From assembly GCA_043755535.1 (NCBI GenBank), contig JAYUSS010000131.1, forward strand, positions 10,829 to 74,828: a stretch of 64,000 bases of DNA. Direction: 5' to 3'. Every line of letters starts with the position of its first letter. Position 1 is the first letter of the stretch. Position numbers and translations under genes: made by a program. The notes beneath the pieces were generated by a model. The model made no database searches. It was given only the letters and a program-made list of their open reading frames with translations, and was not told where the DNA came from. Source of the DNA: Candidatus Peregrinibacteria bacterium. Lineage in GTDB: Bacteria > Patescibacteriota > Gracilibacteria > Peribacterales > Peribacteraceae. Shown here piece after piece: positions 6,891 to 15,850 of the stretch.

Positions 6891-9317
6891 ATGAAAATTT
6901 CTCTCGAATGGTTGGGTCAGTTTGTCACGTGGACCGATTCTGACCCTGCTGTCATCGCCGAGCGCTTAACACGTTCCACTGCCGAGGTGGAAGAACTGGA
7001 AGTACAAGGGGCACTGCTCGCACACTGCTGCGTGGGGGAAATCGTATCGCTCAAACAACACCCCGATGCAGACCGCCTCAAGTTGGCAGAAGTAAAAACT
7101 GATAAAGGGATAAAGAATGTCGTGTGCGGAGGAACAAACTTATATGAAGGCATGCTCGTGGCCTTTGCGCATGTCGGGGCGACCGTGAAGTGGCATGGTG
7201 GTGAATTGATGAAACTTGAACCGGTGAAGATCCGCGGAGTTGCAAGCGAAGGGATGATTTGTGCTGCAGAGGAGCTGGGGCTGGAATCGCTGCTACCTCC
7301 CAAACCGGAAGATGGCGAACGACCGGTTATTGATCTTTCACGAATGAATGGCGTACAGACGAGCGGCGCGCGCGTCTCTACCCCTCTTCGCGATGCCCTT
7401 CATTTAACTGATACGGTGCTGCATTTCAGCAATACCGCCATCACCGCACGACCCGATCTCTTCTCACACATCGGCTTCGCCCGTGAGTGTGTCGCACTCG
7501 GCCTCGCAAAGCCTAAAAAGACTGCTGTAAAGACGTCCCACGGGGACGTCTCTCGTCGCACCAAAAAGAGCGAAAGCCTCGCCATAAAAGTCGACTGCCC
7601 CGACCTCGTCCCCCGCTACCTCTCCGCATCGCTCTCCCTAGACTCGCTGGGGGAAACGCCCGAGTGGATGAAGCAGCGACTCGCGTCCGTGGGAATCCGC
7701 AGCATCAGTCTACCGGTCGATATCACCAACTACGTGATGATCGAAATCGGCGTCCCTATGCACTGCTTTGATGCAGACGATATCGACGGAACAGTTCACA
7801 TGCGTCTCAGTACGAAAAAGGAGAGCTTGATGACCCTCGACAATAAAAAATGGGATCTGCCCGAAGGCTGTTTAGTCTTAAGTGATGACAAAGGTGTCTT
7901 CGACCTTGTCGGCATTATGGGAGGACTTCGCAGCAGCACGAAAGATTCTACGAAGAACATTTTCCTCCATGCACTCTCAATTGATCCAGTCACTATTCGC
8001 AAAGCGATCATTGGTACAGGGCTACGCACCGACGCCTCTACCGTCTACGAAAAAGGCGTACCGGGCATCACGACAGAACAAGGCTTTTACCGGGCATTGG
8101 AGCTGATGTTGGAGCTGATCCCCGGTGCTAAACTTGCATCAGAAATCGACGAGAAAGGGCATAACGGAAAAGCTCCATCGATCAAACTTTCACTTGATGA
8201 CGTTCGTGCCACACTCGGCCTTAATATTGGTGACAAAGAGATTGTAAAAATCTTGGAGGATCTAGGATGTGAAGTAAAAGAAGAAAAAGCTAAAAGCCAA
8301 AAGCTAGAAGCTAGAAGCTCCACCGTTACACCGCCATTGCATCGATTGCGCGATCTCGTTGGCCCTCATGATATTCTCGAAGAAATAGGCCGCATTCACG
8401 GCTTCGATAAAGTAGAACCCGTCATGCCAAGCGCACCCATGCAGCTCCCCAAGCGTGACCTGCGTCTCCACAAGCTCCGTGAAGACTTGGTACGCAGCGG
8501 CTACTGGGAACTCATGCCACTCTCGTTTGTGAGCCCCCAGTTACTCGAGCGCTGTAACTTAGATCCCAAAGAAGCGATCAAGGTAAAAAACCCGATCGGA
8601 GAAGAGACGTCACTCATGCATACCTGCCCCCTGCCTCAACTCCTGGTCCATGCAGAACACATGCTGCCACGTGCCGAAGGGTCACTCAGTACGTTCCAAT
8701 GCGCCAATGTGTTTGATGCCAAGGGGAACCAGACATTTGCACTCGGGATGCTCCTCTCTGCAAAAGAAGAAACAGATTTGTTGGATGATCCACTCTTGGT
8801 GATCAAAGGACAACTCCTGGATGCCGTTGCAGCAACTGGCCAGAGTGTCGAGATCCATGAGATGAAAAAAGTACCGGCAATTGCTCACCCTGGGCGATCG
8901 GCAGACGTCGTGTTCCGCGGGAAATCGATCGGTAAGATCTACGAAATCCACCCTGTCGTGCGCCAACGCTTCGGTCTGACTCATCGGGTTGCAGGGGCGA
9001 CTCTCGACTTATCGACTCTGCTCGCCTCTCCATCGCCTGTTGCCGTGCAGAAAAAGCTCTCGATCTTCCCTGCTGTGACGTACGACGTCACGGTTACGCG
9101 AACACAGAAAGATGCACTGGGTCCGCTGCTACGTAAACTACGCAGTGGGAGCGAGCTTTTGGAAGCTGTGTCCGTCCACGATCTATACGCCGGGAAACCT
9201 CTGGAGAAAGGCTCCTACAACCTGACACTGAGATTTGTGTACCGGGCGAAGGATAGGACGCTGACGGAGGAGGAGGTGAAGAAGGAGCATGGGAAAGCGC
9301 TGGGAATGGTGCAGTGA
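6891..9317 (+). CDS. pheT: Phenylalanine--tRNA ligase beta subunit
   Basis: MKISLEWL start, tRNA-binding domain (HPDADRLKL..VVCGG), B3/4, B5 and C-terminal anticodon-binding-like regions. ATG at 6891 is preferred over the upstream TTG at 6819. Confidence 0.9.
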   Translation: MKISLEWLGQFVTWTDSDPAVIAERLTRSTAEVEELEVQGALLAHCCVGEIVSLKQHPDADRLKLAEVKTDKGIKNVVCGGTNLYEGMLVAFAHVGATVKWHGGELMKLEPVKIRGVASEGMICAAEELGLESLLPPKPEDGERPVIDLSRMNGVQTSGARVSTPLRDALHLTDTVLHFSNTAITARPDLFSHIGFARECVALGLAKPKKTAVKTSHGDVSRRTKKSESLAIKVDCPDLVPRYLSASLSLDSLGETPEWMKQRLASVGIRSISLPVDITNYVMIEIGVPMHCFDADDIDGTVHMRLSTKKESLMTLDNKKWDLPEGCLVLSDDKGVFDLVGIMGGLRSSTKDSTKNIFLHALSIDPVTIRKAIIGTGLRTDASTVYEKGVPGITTEQGFYRALELMLELIPGAKLASEIDEKGHNGKAPSIKLSLDDVRATLGLNIGDKEIVKILEDLGCEVKEEKAKSQKLEARSSTVTPPLHRLRDLVGPHDILEEIGRIHGFDKVEPVMPSAPMQLPKRDLRLHKLREDLVRSGYWELMPLSFVSPQLLERCNLDPKEAIKVKNPIGEETSLMHTCPLPQLLVHAEHMLPRAEGSLSTFQCANVFDAKGNQTFALGMLLSAKEETDLLDDPLLVIKGQLLDAVAATGQSVEIHEMKKVPAIAHPGRSADVVFRGKSIGKIYEIHPVVRQRFGLTHRVAGATLDLSTLLASPSPVAVQKKLSIFPAVTYDVTVTRTQKDALGPLLRKLRSGSELLEAVSVHDLYAGKPLEKGSYNLTLRFVYRAKDRTLTEEEVKKEHGKALGMVQ
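8285..8319. repeat. Five tandem 7-nt words (aaaagct aaaagcc aaaagct agaagct agaagct) inside pheT
   Basis: Read directly. Encodes ..KAKSQKLEARS.. in a linker. The same word family occurs at 17054-17088 and 20878-20940. Confidence 0.85.
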
Positions 9318-9377
9318 GTCAATCGACAATGTTTCCATACTTCCATAGCATCGCAAGCAACTTCTCCCCCTTAAAAC

Positions 9378-10100
9378 ATGCGCGCCGCTCTTCCTTCTTC
9401 CGCTCTTGTTGTTGCAGTGATTGCAGTGGCTTCGTCGATTGTTGTGTTTTCACAATTGACTGCGCAGATATATCCGTCAAGTACCAGCCCAATACCAATA
9501 TCAAGACCAACTCCATATTTATGTGAATATGAGGTTCCGGCGGCTACCGGTTGTACTGGTGCAGATAGAGTAATATGGCAAGGCAATTTACGAATAATGA
9601 CCATATGCAGATACGGAGTTGGTACAATACTGCCCAACAGATATGCCCCTCCCCCTTACTGCAGATGTGATTCTTATGGATATTGCAGTCCCATCACCTT
9701 ATCAACGTCGACATCAACCTCCAGTTCAGCATCCTCAAGATCATCGTCTTCTAAAGCATCATCTAAATCTTCATCTTCCAGTGTGATGGATTGTCTAAGC
9801 TTAAATGCATTGAATGCAATCCCACAATGCCCTGCAAGCGCAAAATGCTCCACACCGGGAACATCCTGCCAGACAGTTTTTATAAACAACGATTTAACGA
9901 AGCCAACCTGCGGATGCCGCACACAATCATCGTCATCTTCATCATCCTCAATAGTAGCATGTTTTGGACCGTCCTTCGCTTGTCCCACCAATGGCAATTG
10001 TTCGACAAAACCCAATACAACGTGTCGGACAAAAACGATAAATGGCGCAGCTATATGTGGATGTTATTTACCGGATGCAGCAACATATAAAGCTCGGTGA
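9378..10100 (+). CDS. Secreted/anchored Cys- and Ser-rich protein (hypothetical)
   Basis: N-terminal hydrophobic segment, poly-Ser linkers, and two similar Cys-rich modules (C..C..C.T....C.T..IN.....CGC). Confidence 0.5.
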   Translation: MRAALPSSALVVAVIAVASSIVVFSQLTAQIYPSSTSPIPISRPTPYLCEYEVPAATGCTGADRVIWQGNLRIMTICRYGVGTILPNRYAPPPYCRCDSYGYCSPITLSTSTSTSSSASSRSSSSKASSKSSSSSVMDCLSLNALNAIPQCPASAKCSTPGTSCQTVFINNDLTKPTCGCRTQSSSSSSSSIVACFGPSFACPTNGNCSTKPNTTCRTKTINGAAICGCYLPDAATYKAR

Positions 10101-10113
10101 TATAATCAAATGC

Positions 10114-11142
10114 ATGTCCATCGTCACAAAAACCGGCGACAAAGGCGAAACCGGCCTGTTTGGCGGACAGCGAGTACCCAAAGACGACGTACGGATCGAA
10201 ACGATCGGCACGGTGGATGAACTGAATGCTGTGCTTGGGATGGTCATCGCATCGCTGCGGGCGACCTCCCCCTTCCCCCAGCCCCTTCCCCCGCGAGGGG
10301 CAGGGGAGCGCCATGAGGAAGACTATAGATGCAACCATCAAATCAATGGATCGGTGCTGGAGCATGCTCGGGAAATGCGTAAAAGTCCGACGAACGCCGA
10401 AAAGTATTTATGGCATCATTTACGCTCCGATCAACTTGGCATCCGCTTTCGTAAACAGCATCCTATAGGAGGGTATATTCTGGATTTTTACTGCCCGAAA
10501 GCAAAACTCGGCATCGAAGTAGATGGCCCGATTCATGATGATCCTATGCGGCAAGAAGCAGATGATCGGAGGACAGATAAACTCAGTGACGAAGGAATAT
10601 TCATTCTGCGCTTTAAAAATGAGGAAGTGTTGTACGACACAAAAACAGTACTCAACACCATCCGCATGCACATTCATCCCCCTCCCCTCGCGGGGGAGGG
10701 GTTAGGGGAGGGGGAGGCTGTTGATGAAAAGGAAAAGTTAGGAATAGGAGAGGATTTGATCAGAATGCTCACAAAAATCCAAAACACCCTCTTCACCCTC
10801 GGTGCCGACCTCGCGACCCCCCACGAAAACAATAAAGCCGTAGTCCCGCGTATCGAAAAAGAGCACATTGAGGAAATTGAAGGGTGGATTGCGACCCTCG
10901 AAGAAACCCCCTTACCCCCCTACTTCATTTTGCCCGGGGGATCGAAATCTGCAGCCGAACTACACCTTGCACGGGCAATGTGCCGACGAGCTGAACGGTG
11001 TACTGTCACACTCTCCAGGCGCACAGAGATCGGATCAAACGTCGTACAATACTTGAATAGACTCAGTGATTTCCTATTTCTCGCGTCTTTAGAGGCAAAT
11101 CGCCTCGCAAACGTCGAGAATATTCGCGTTTCGTATTTCTAG
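10114..11142 (+). CDS. PduO-type ATP:cob(I)alamin adenosyltransferase interrupted in frame by a DUF559 domain
   Basis: N-terminus [34 protein letters not shown]-terminus [50 protein letters not shown]. About 151 extra codons lie between them. Confidence 0.8.
   Translation: MSIVTKTGDKGETGLFGGQRVPKDDVRIETIGTVDELNAVLGMVIASLRATSPFPQPLPPRGAGERHEEDYRCNHQINGSVLEHAREMRKSPTNAEKYLWHHLRSDQLGIRFRKQHPIGGYILDFYCPKAKLGIEVDGPIHDDPMRQEADDRRTDKLSDEGIFILRFKNEEVLYDTKTVLNTIRMHIHPPPLAGEGLGEGEAVDEKEKLGIGEDLIRMLTKIQNTLFTLGADLATPHENNKAVVPRIEKEHIEEIEGWIATLEETPLPPYFILPGGSKSAAELHLARAMCRRAERCTVTLSRRTEIGSNVVQYLNRLSDFLFLASLEANRLANVENIRVSYF
10265..10717 (+). mobile_element. DUF559 endonuclease cassette, copy 2 (453 bp), inserted in frame in the adenosyltransferase gene
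   Basis: Bounded by CCTCCCCC..CCCCGCGAGGGG (left) and CCCCTCGCGGGGGAGGGG..GGGGGAGG (right), which are inverted copies of each other. The interior encodes [39 protein letters not shown]. Confidence 0.65.
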
Positions 11143-11231
11143 TGTCACATCCGCTTGACGGCTATCCCCTATGTTCTGTAGCCTTCACCGGCTTTTCTGC
11201 GCCCAAGAATGGACGCGTTCAACTCTTCAAC

Positions 11232-11375
11232 ATGTTAGGTAAACTCAAATGGCGTCGGCGTCTGCGTAAACACGGTTTCTTGTCTCGTATGATGACAAAG
11301 GACGGTCGCCGCGTACTTTCCCGCCGTCGTTCGGCTGGCAGAAAGCGTTTGACGGTGCAGAAGAAGACGAAGTGA
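11232..11375 (+). CDS. rpmH: 50S ribosomal protein L34
   Basis: [42 protein letters not shown] matches the L34 pattern. Internal ATG of the 11142 ORF. Confidence 0.8.
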   Translation: MLGKLKWRRRLRKHGFLSRMMTKDGRRVLSRRRSAGRKRLTVQKKTK

Positions 11376-11456
11376 GAGTAATAGGGATTAGAATACTAGA
11401 ATAATAGGATTCGTCGTTTTCCCCTATTACTCTATTATTCTAGTACTCTATTATTC
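11376..11456. terminator. Imperfect word-repeat hairpin after rpmH
   Basis: gagtaatagggattagaatactagaataatagg (11376-11408) against cctattactctattattctagtactctattattc (11423-11456). The loop-proximal 12 nt pair 11/12. Confidence 0.55.
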
Positions 11457-11464
11457 ACGCTCGT

Positions 11465-11758
11465 ATGCTCCGTTTCCTCCATACCCTCTCGGCCGTCCTC
11501 TTCTATGTCCTGGCCGGGACCTTCTTTCTCGCACTGATGCTCGCGGCCAATAACATTGCCGCACATGCATCACGTGTATGGCTGGATATCAGCGATCTGC
11601 CGCTTCTCTGCGCGGGACTCTTATTCGGGGGCCTCAGCTTGTACCGCAGCATCCGCCGCGACAGCGATATGTTCCACGCCCTGCTTGCCGGTATTGCCCT
11701 CCCCCTCCTGATTTTATTTTCCATCCTCCTGATTGCTAATTTTTTACCGATGTCCTGA
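11465..11758 (+). CDS. Small integral membrane protein (hypothetical)
   Basis: 97 aa with three hydrophobic helices. Bracketed by a perfect 20-nt direct repeat (11423-11442 and 11845-11864). Confidence 0.5.
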   Translation: MLRFLHTLSAVLFYVLAGTFFLALMLAANNIAAHASRVWLDISDLPLLCAGLLFGGLSLYRSIRRDSDMFHALLAGIALPLLILFSILLIANFLPMS

Positions 11759-11881
11759 CAATCTGTGCTGCGGCCACCCATAGCCGCGCTGATGCACCCA
11801 TAGCCGCGCTAAAATCTGTGATCTAGATTCATCACCATCCTCGTCCTATTACTCTATTATTCTATTATTCCGATCGCCCCT

Positions 11882-13144
11882 ATGTACACCCTCGACACTC
11901 TCCCCTCCGGCCTCCGTGTCCTCACTGCTCCCGTCGAAGGCACTGCGGCTATCACCGTGATGCTCTTTGCCGGTGCAGGGTCACGCTACGAAAAAGATTC
12001 TGAGCGCGGCATCAGCCACTTTTTGGAACACATGTTTTTTAAAGGGGGCAACAAATATAAGACGACCGAAGAAGTGAGTGCGGCGATCGACGGTGTGGGT
12101 GGGGATTTCAATGCATTCACCGGCAAAGAATACGCAGGCTACTACGTCAAAGTTGCCGCTAAGCAGAGCGACCTTGCGTGTGATGTGCTGAGCGACATGA
12201 TGCTGCATGCAAGCTTCCCACCGGAAGAAATTGATAAAGAGCGCGGCGTGATTATGGAAGAAGAAAAAATGTACCAAGACACCCCGATGTACCGCGCAGG
12301 GTGGGATTTTGAAGAAGTTCTCTTTGGTGATCACCCGCTTGGCTGGGACACAATCGGTACCGAGAAAGTGATTATGAGCGTACAGCAGGCAGACTTTAAA
12401 AAGCATCGCGATGCGCTGTATACCGCAGCCAACACCGTGCTCGTTTTTTCGGGAAACATTACGCAGCAGCGCGCACTGGAACTCGCTAACCAATACTTCG
12501 CGAACCTCGATGGCGATGCCAAGCAGACCTTCGAAGCGCTCACCAAGTACGGCGACAAAAAGATTTTTCTCCGCGATAAAAACACCGAGCAGGCGCACCT
12601 GGTCATCGGCGTCCCGAGCGTGTCTTCACAAGACCCCGATCACTTCACGCATAAAATGCTTGCCGTGATCCTCGGCGGCAACATGAGTTCCCGTATGTTC
12701 CTGCGCATTCGCGAAGCACGCGGGCTCTGCTATTACATCTCGACCGAAACAGATAGTTACCTGGATGCCGGTGCGCTCTCGACCCGTGCAGGCGTAGACC
12801 AGAACCGCTTGGATGAAGCGATCAGTGCCATTATTCATGAGTACGATGAATGTGCGGCGCACGGCGTCACCGACATCGAACTCAACCGTGCCAAAGAATA
12901 CCTGAAAGGGAAAATCACGCTCGACTTGGAAGACAGCGAGGAGCGCGCGCACTTCTACGGCAAACAAGTACTCCTCTACCCCGGCGTCCGCGATCTGCCT
13001 GAATACCTCGCGAAAATCGATGCCGTTACCAAGGAAGGCGTCGATGCACTGGCTAAGAGATTGCTTACACGTGATGCCCTGCGCCTTGTCGTGATCGGGA
13101 AAAAACTGGATGAGACACGGTTCGCGCATTTGATGAATGGATGA
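11882..13144 (+). CDS. M16 (pitrilysin/insulinase) family zinc peptidase
   Basis: HFLEHMFFKG (HxxEH) motif, about 420 aa, two-domain M16 layout. Confidence 0.85.
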   Translation: MYTLDTLPSGLRVLTAPVEGTAAITVMLFAGAGSRYEKDSERGISHFLEHMFFKGGNKYKTTEEVSAAIDGVGGDFNAFTGKEYAGYYVKVAAKQSDLACDVLSDMMLHASFPPEEIDKERGVIMEEEKMYQDTPMYRAGWDFEEVLFGDHPLGWDTIGTEKVIMSVQQADFKKHRDALYTAANTVLVFSGNITQQRALELANQYFANLDGDAKQTFEALTKYGDKKIFLRDKNTEQAHLVIGVPSVSSQDPDHFTHKMLAVILGGNMSSRMFLRIREARGLCYYISTETDSYLDAGALSTRAGVDQNRLDEAISAIIHEYDECAAHGVTDIELNRAKEYLKGKITLDLEDSEERAHFYGKQVLLYPGVRDLPEYLAKIDAVTKEGVDALAKRLLTRDALRLVVIGKKLDETRFAHLMNG

Positions 13145-13150
13145 TGTATC

Positions 13151-13765
13151 ATGCGTGCGCTTTCCCATACATTCATTATGACAATCACTCGCATTCTCAA
13201 CTCCGCCGTTGCCGCCATGCTCTGCATCGGTATTTCTGCCCCTGCATTCGCCGCCTCAACAACGGACGAAATCCTCGCCAAGCAAAAGGAATACCAGGCT
13301 GACGAGGTATGCACCGGCCGTACCGACAAAAACCTCGGTAAATGCATCGGGGACGCACTTAAGCGTATCAAGGCTCTACGAAAGGAATTTGCCGACGCAC
13401 TCGATGTCGAGCGCAAAGCCTGGTACGACGAACACGCAGGACTTGGTGTAAGCACCGAGTATTCCACTGCATTGCAGGAATTTATCGCCGCTACAACCGC
13501 AAAGCGTAAACTCTTCAACGACCAGCAGCGCATCATCGAGAAGCTGTTCTTCAACTCACGCAAGGATGTCCGTGAAAACGCAACGTCAACGACAACAACC
13601 TATACAACGAACGTCAATGCAGCGGCAATGGAAGCAGCAACTCTTAAGTGCGCCAAAGAATCCGATGCACGTGGGCTGCGCCTATGTCTCCGCCAGCAGC
13701 TGAAACTCATGGACCCCGCCACCCGCCAATTAAACATCAGCCCGGCAGGGACGCGGTCGAATTGA
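13151..13765 (+). CDS. Secreted hypothetical protein
   Basis: Signal-peptide-like N-terminus (..AAMLCIGISAPAFAAS) and a helical, charged body. Confidence 0.45.
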   Translation: MRALSHTFIMTITRILNSAVAAMLCIGISAPAFAASTTDEILAKQKEYQADEVCTGRTDKNLGKCIGDALKRIKALRKEFADALDVERKAWYDEHAGLGVSTEYSTALQEFIAATTAKRKLFNDQQRIIEKLFFNSRKDVRENATSTTTTYTTNVNAAAMEAATLKCAKESDARGLRLCLRQQLKLMDPATRQLNISPAGTRSN

Positions 13766-13801
13766 TCTCCGCTTGCTTTTACAGGTTCTAATGTGCACAA
13801 T

Positions 13802-13821
13802 CTGCGGCCAAGAATGGCCGC
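13802..13821. promoter_or_regulatory. Palindromic 20-mer CTGCGGCCAAGAATGGCCGC upstream of ndk
   Basis: GCGGCCA/TGGCCGC stem. A near-identical copy (19/20) lies at 15736-15755 and a related one at 11768-11790. Confidence 0.4.
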
Positions 13822-13855
13822 GCTAATATCTATCATCTGTTTCCCCCTACCCACA

Positions 13856-14290
13856 ATGGAACGCACTCTGATCCTCCTGAAACCCGACGCCGTCACCAAG
13901 CATGTCTGCGGCAACGTCATCAACCGCTTTGAACAGGCCGGGTTTTCTATCCGCGGTTGCAAAATGATGAATCTAAGCTCCGACATTCTTCGCGAGCACT
14001 ACGCACACATTGCCGATAAGCCATTTTACCCATCGGTCGAGCAGTTCATGCAGAGCGCGCCTGTGATCGCATTGGTCCTGGAAGGAGACGACATCATCGC
14101 CAAGATGCGCGAGATGCTTGGCGTGACAGACTGTCTGGCCGCTGCACCGGGTACCATCCGCGCAGAACTCGGCAGCAAAGAAGAGGGTCTCAGCAAAATG
14201 GTAAATATCGCTCATGCATCCGACTCGCTCGAGGCCGCAAATGCAGAGGTGAAGCGGTTCTTTAAAGAGGATGAACTGTTTAGCTACTGA
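13856..14290 (+). CDS. ndk: Nucleoside-diphosphate kinase
   Basis: MERTLILLKPDAV.., ..YAHIADKPFYPSV.., ..NIAHASDS (active-site His context). Confidence 0.9.
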   Translation: MERTLILLKPDAVTKHVCGNVINRFEQAGFSIRGCKMMNLSSDILREHYAHIADKPFYPSVEQFMQSAPVIALVLEGDDIIAKMREMLGVTDCLAAAPGTIRAELGSKEEGLSKMVNIAHASDSLEAANAEVKRFFKEDELFSY

Positions 14291-14309
14291 TCAACTATAA
14301 ACAACCCAT

Positions 14310-14340
14310 AAAAAAGAGGCCCCGCTGGGACCTCTTTTTT
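14310..14340. terminator. Bidirectional intrinsic terminator between ndk and the formyltransferase gene
   Basis: aaaaaagaggccccgctgggacctctttttt: a GC stem flanked by A-run and T-run. Confidence 0.8.
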
Positions 14341-14347
14341 ATACAAA

Positions 14348-15079
14348 TCAGTGTTTTGCCTGTGCAGCATCTATCGCCTCCTGCTTTGCGTCGGCAAGCA
14401 TTTGCTCAAGTGAAGGTGCGACAAGTCGTGGGCTTTGGACCTCCCTCACAGTGTCTTGAGCAATATCTCTGGCCAAACCAAGCATCAATTTCCACTCGTA
14501 AGGAAGTGCTCTGTCGGACAGAGTGTCTTTCGTATCTTTTGGATCAATATCGACGTATGCATATTTCACCACCGGACCTGCATCCTTTTCGTCAATCACT
14601 CTATGTGCGACAACAACTGAATGATTCATTGTCGCTACACCTCCATGTGCATCCAGTAACTTTTTCCTAAATCTTAACACAGCATCGTGCACTGTTTTTC
14701 CTGCCATTTTCTCGCCACCAAACTCAGGTAATGGACCCGGATGCTGGTTATAGATGTGCCCTGCGTATCGAGCCACAACATTGGGCGGTGTGTGGGGCAA
14801 CCACCCAAGCTGCATGACATCGGTGACGCCATGCTCTTCCAAAATATCGATAATCCGCTGGCCAAATCCCAGTGGATCTTCCGGATACTCCGGATAATCC
14901 ATCGTACGTACTCTTTCTACAGGGCAAAAGTACTTCATTCGATCCATCGCCCCAACATTGCTCCGGCTCGAAACTACACAAGAAATTTTGGCACCGGGGA
15001 CTTCGCCCGCGGCAACCAAGGTTGCAACATAGTTTGCTGTCGATGCCGATCCACTGGCCAGAATACCGAGACGCGTCAT
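14348..15079 (-). CDS. Formyltransferase, PurN (GAR transformylase)-like
   Basis: LGILASGSAS N-terminus and the NQHPGPLPEFGG motif, which resembles the N-x-HPS-LLP-xG formyltransferase motif. Confidence 0.6.
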   Translation of the reverse strand: MTRLGILASGSASTANYVATLVAAGEVPGAKISCVVSSRSNVGAMDRMKYFCPVERVRTMDYPEYPEDPLGFGQRIIDILEEHGVTDVMQLGWLPHTPPNVVARYAGHIYNQHPGPLPEFGGEKMAGKTVHDAVLRFRKKLLDAHGGVATMNHSVVVAHRVIDEKDAGPVVKYAYVDIDPKDTKDTLSDRALPYEWKLMLGLARDIAQDTVREVQSPRLVAPSLEQMLADAKQEAIDAAQAKH

Positions 15080-15139
15080 AGGGATACGAAAAAGAGATAG
15101 TACGCCATCGTACCGCGAGTGGCATAAAACACAATGATG

Positions 15140-15850
15140 TTACTTACACCCACATCCCTCTTCGCCCCGCAGAGCTTCTGTGGAGTGGGGGCCTTCTTTA
15201 CACTGGCAAGCTCCTCCGTTCTGACACACGCATCCTTGCGAAGCACCTTCAACGTCCAACTTAAACCTGCCATCACGATAATCGATCGTTGATCCACCGA
15301 TCACCGCCAATGTGACCGGAGATGCGCTGACCGTGATATCGGCTTTCTGAAACAGCAGATCGTCCTTACCTGCTTTTGCGACAATCTCCATACTAAACCC
15401 ACCCGTTTCATCGAGCCCGACTTGCAACACAAAGCCTGCCTTCTCTTCCGTCGCCAGAATGTTTGAGAGTGCGGTCGCAGCATCGTCTGTCACGACGATC
15501 AACTGCGGGCGCTCGGGACGCCGTGCCAAGAGAACATGAAGATCTGCAAGAAGATCATTGATATCCTCCTCTTTCATACTGTGCATGTTGGCAGCATCCT
15601 CCAGAATCTCCGCCCCCCCGATGCTGCATCCGTTGCAATGCAGTCCGTACTGCGCAAACACCCCCTCGGCCTCCGGAAGAATAGTCAAAATATCAGCCAC
15701 CCGCATCGATCGTGTAATAAGATTTTCCTGATGTTCTGCGGCCAGGAATGGCCGCTCTTGAATCTTTTTCGCAGATGTCACTGGCAAAGAAGGCATGGGT
15801 GACTTATGGTAGCACCATGTTGATGCCAAACCGCCTTCTTTCGCTGGCAA
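15140..15850 (-). CDS. DUF1858 (redox-disulfide) + HesB/IscA-like Fe-S assembly domain protein
   Basis: VADILTILPEAEGVFAQYGLHCNGCSIG is DUF1858-like. IVVTDDAATAL..GFVLQVGLDETGGFSMEI..ASPVTLAVIGGSTIDY is IscA/HesB-like. The start is uncertain (internal Met candidates near 15796 and 15706). Confidence 0.55.
   Translation of the reverse strand: MPAKEGGLASTWCYHKSPMPSLPVTSAKKIQERPFLAAEHQENLITRSMRVADILTILPEAEGVFAQYGLHCNGCSIGGAEILEDAANMHSMKEEDINDLLADLHVLLARRPERPQLIVVTDDAATALSNILATEEKAGFVLQVGLDETGGFSMEIVAKAGKDDLLFQKADITVSASPVTLAVIGGSTIDYRDGRFKLDVEGASQGCVCQNGGACQCKEGPHSTEALRGEEGCGCK

Noticed and set aside
11981-13563. Minus-strand ORFs (205, 180 and 195 aa) over the M16 peptidase and the following gene
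   Set aside because: They are antisense to a CDS with the HxxEH motif and have no recognisable features.
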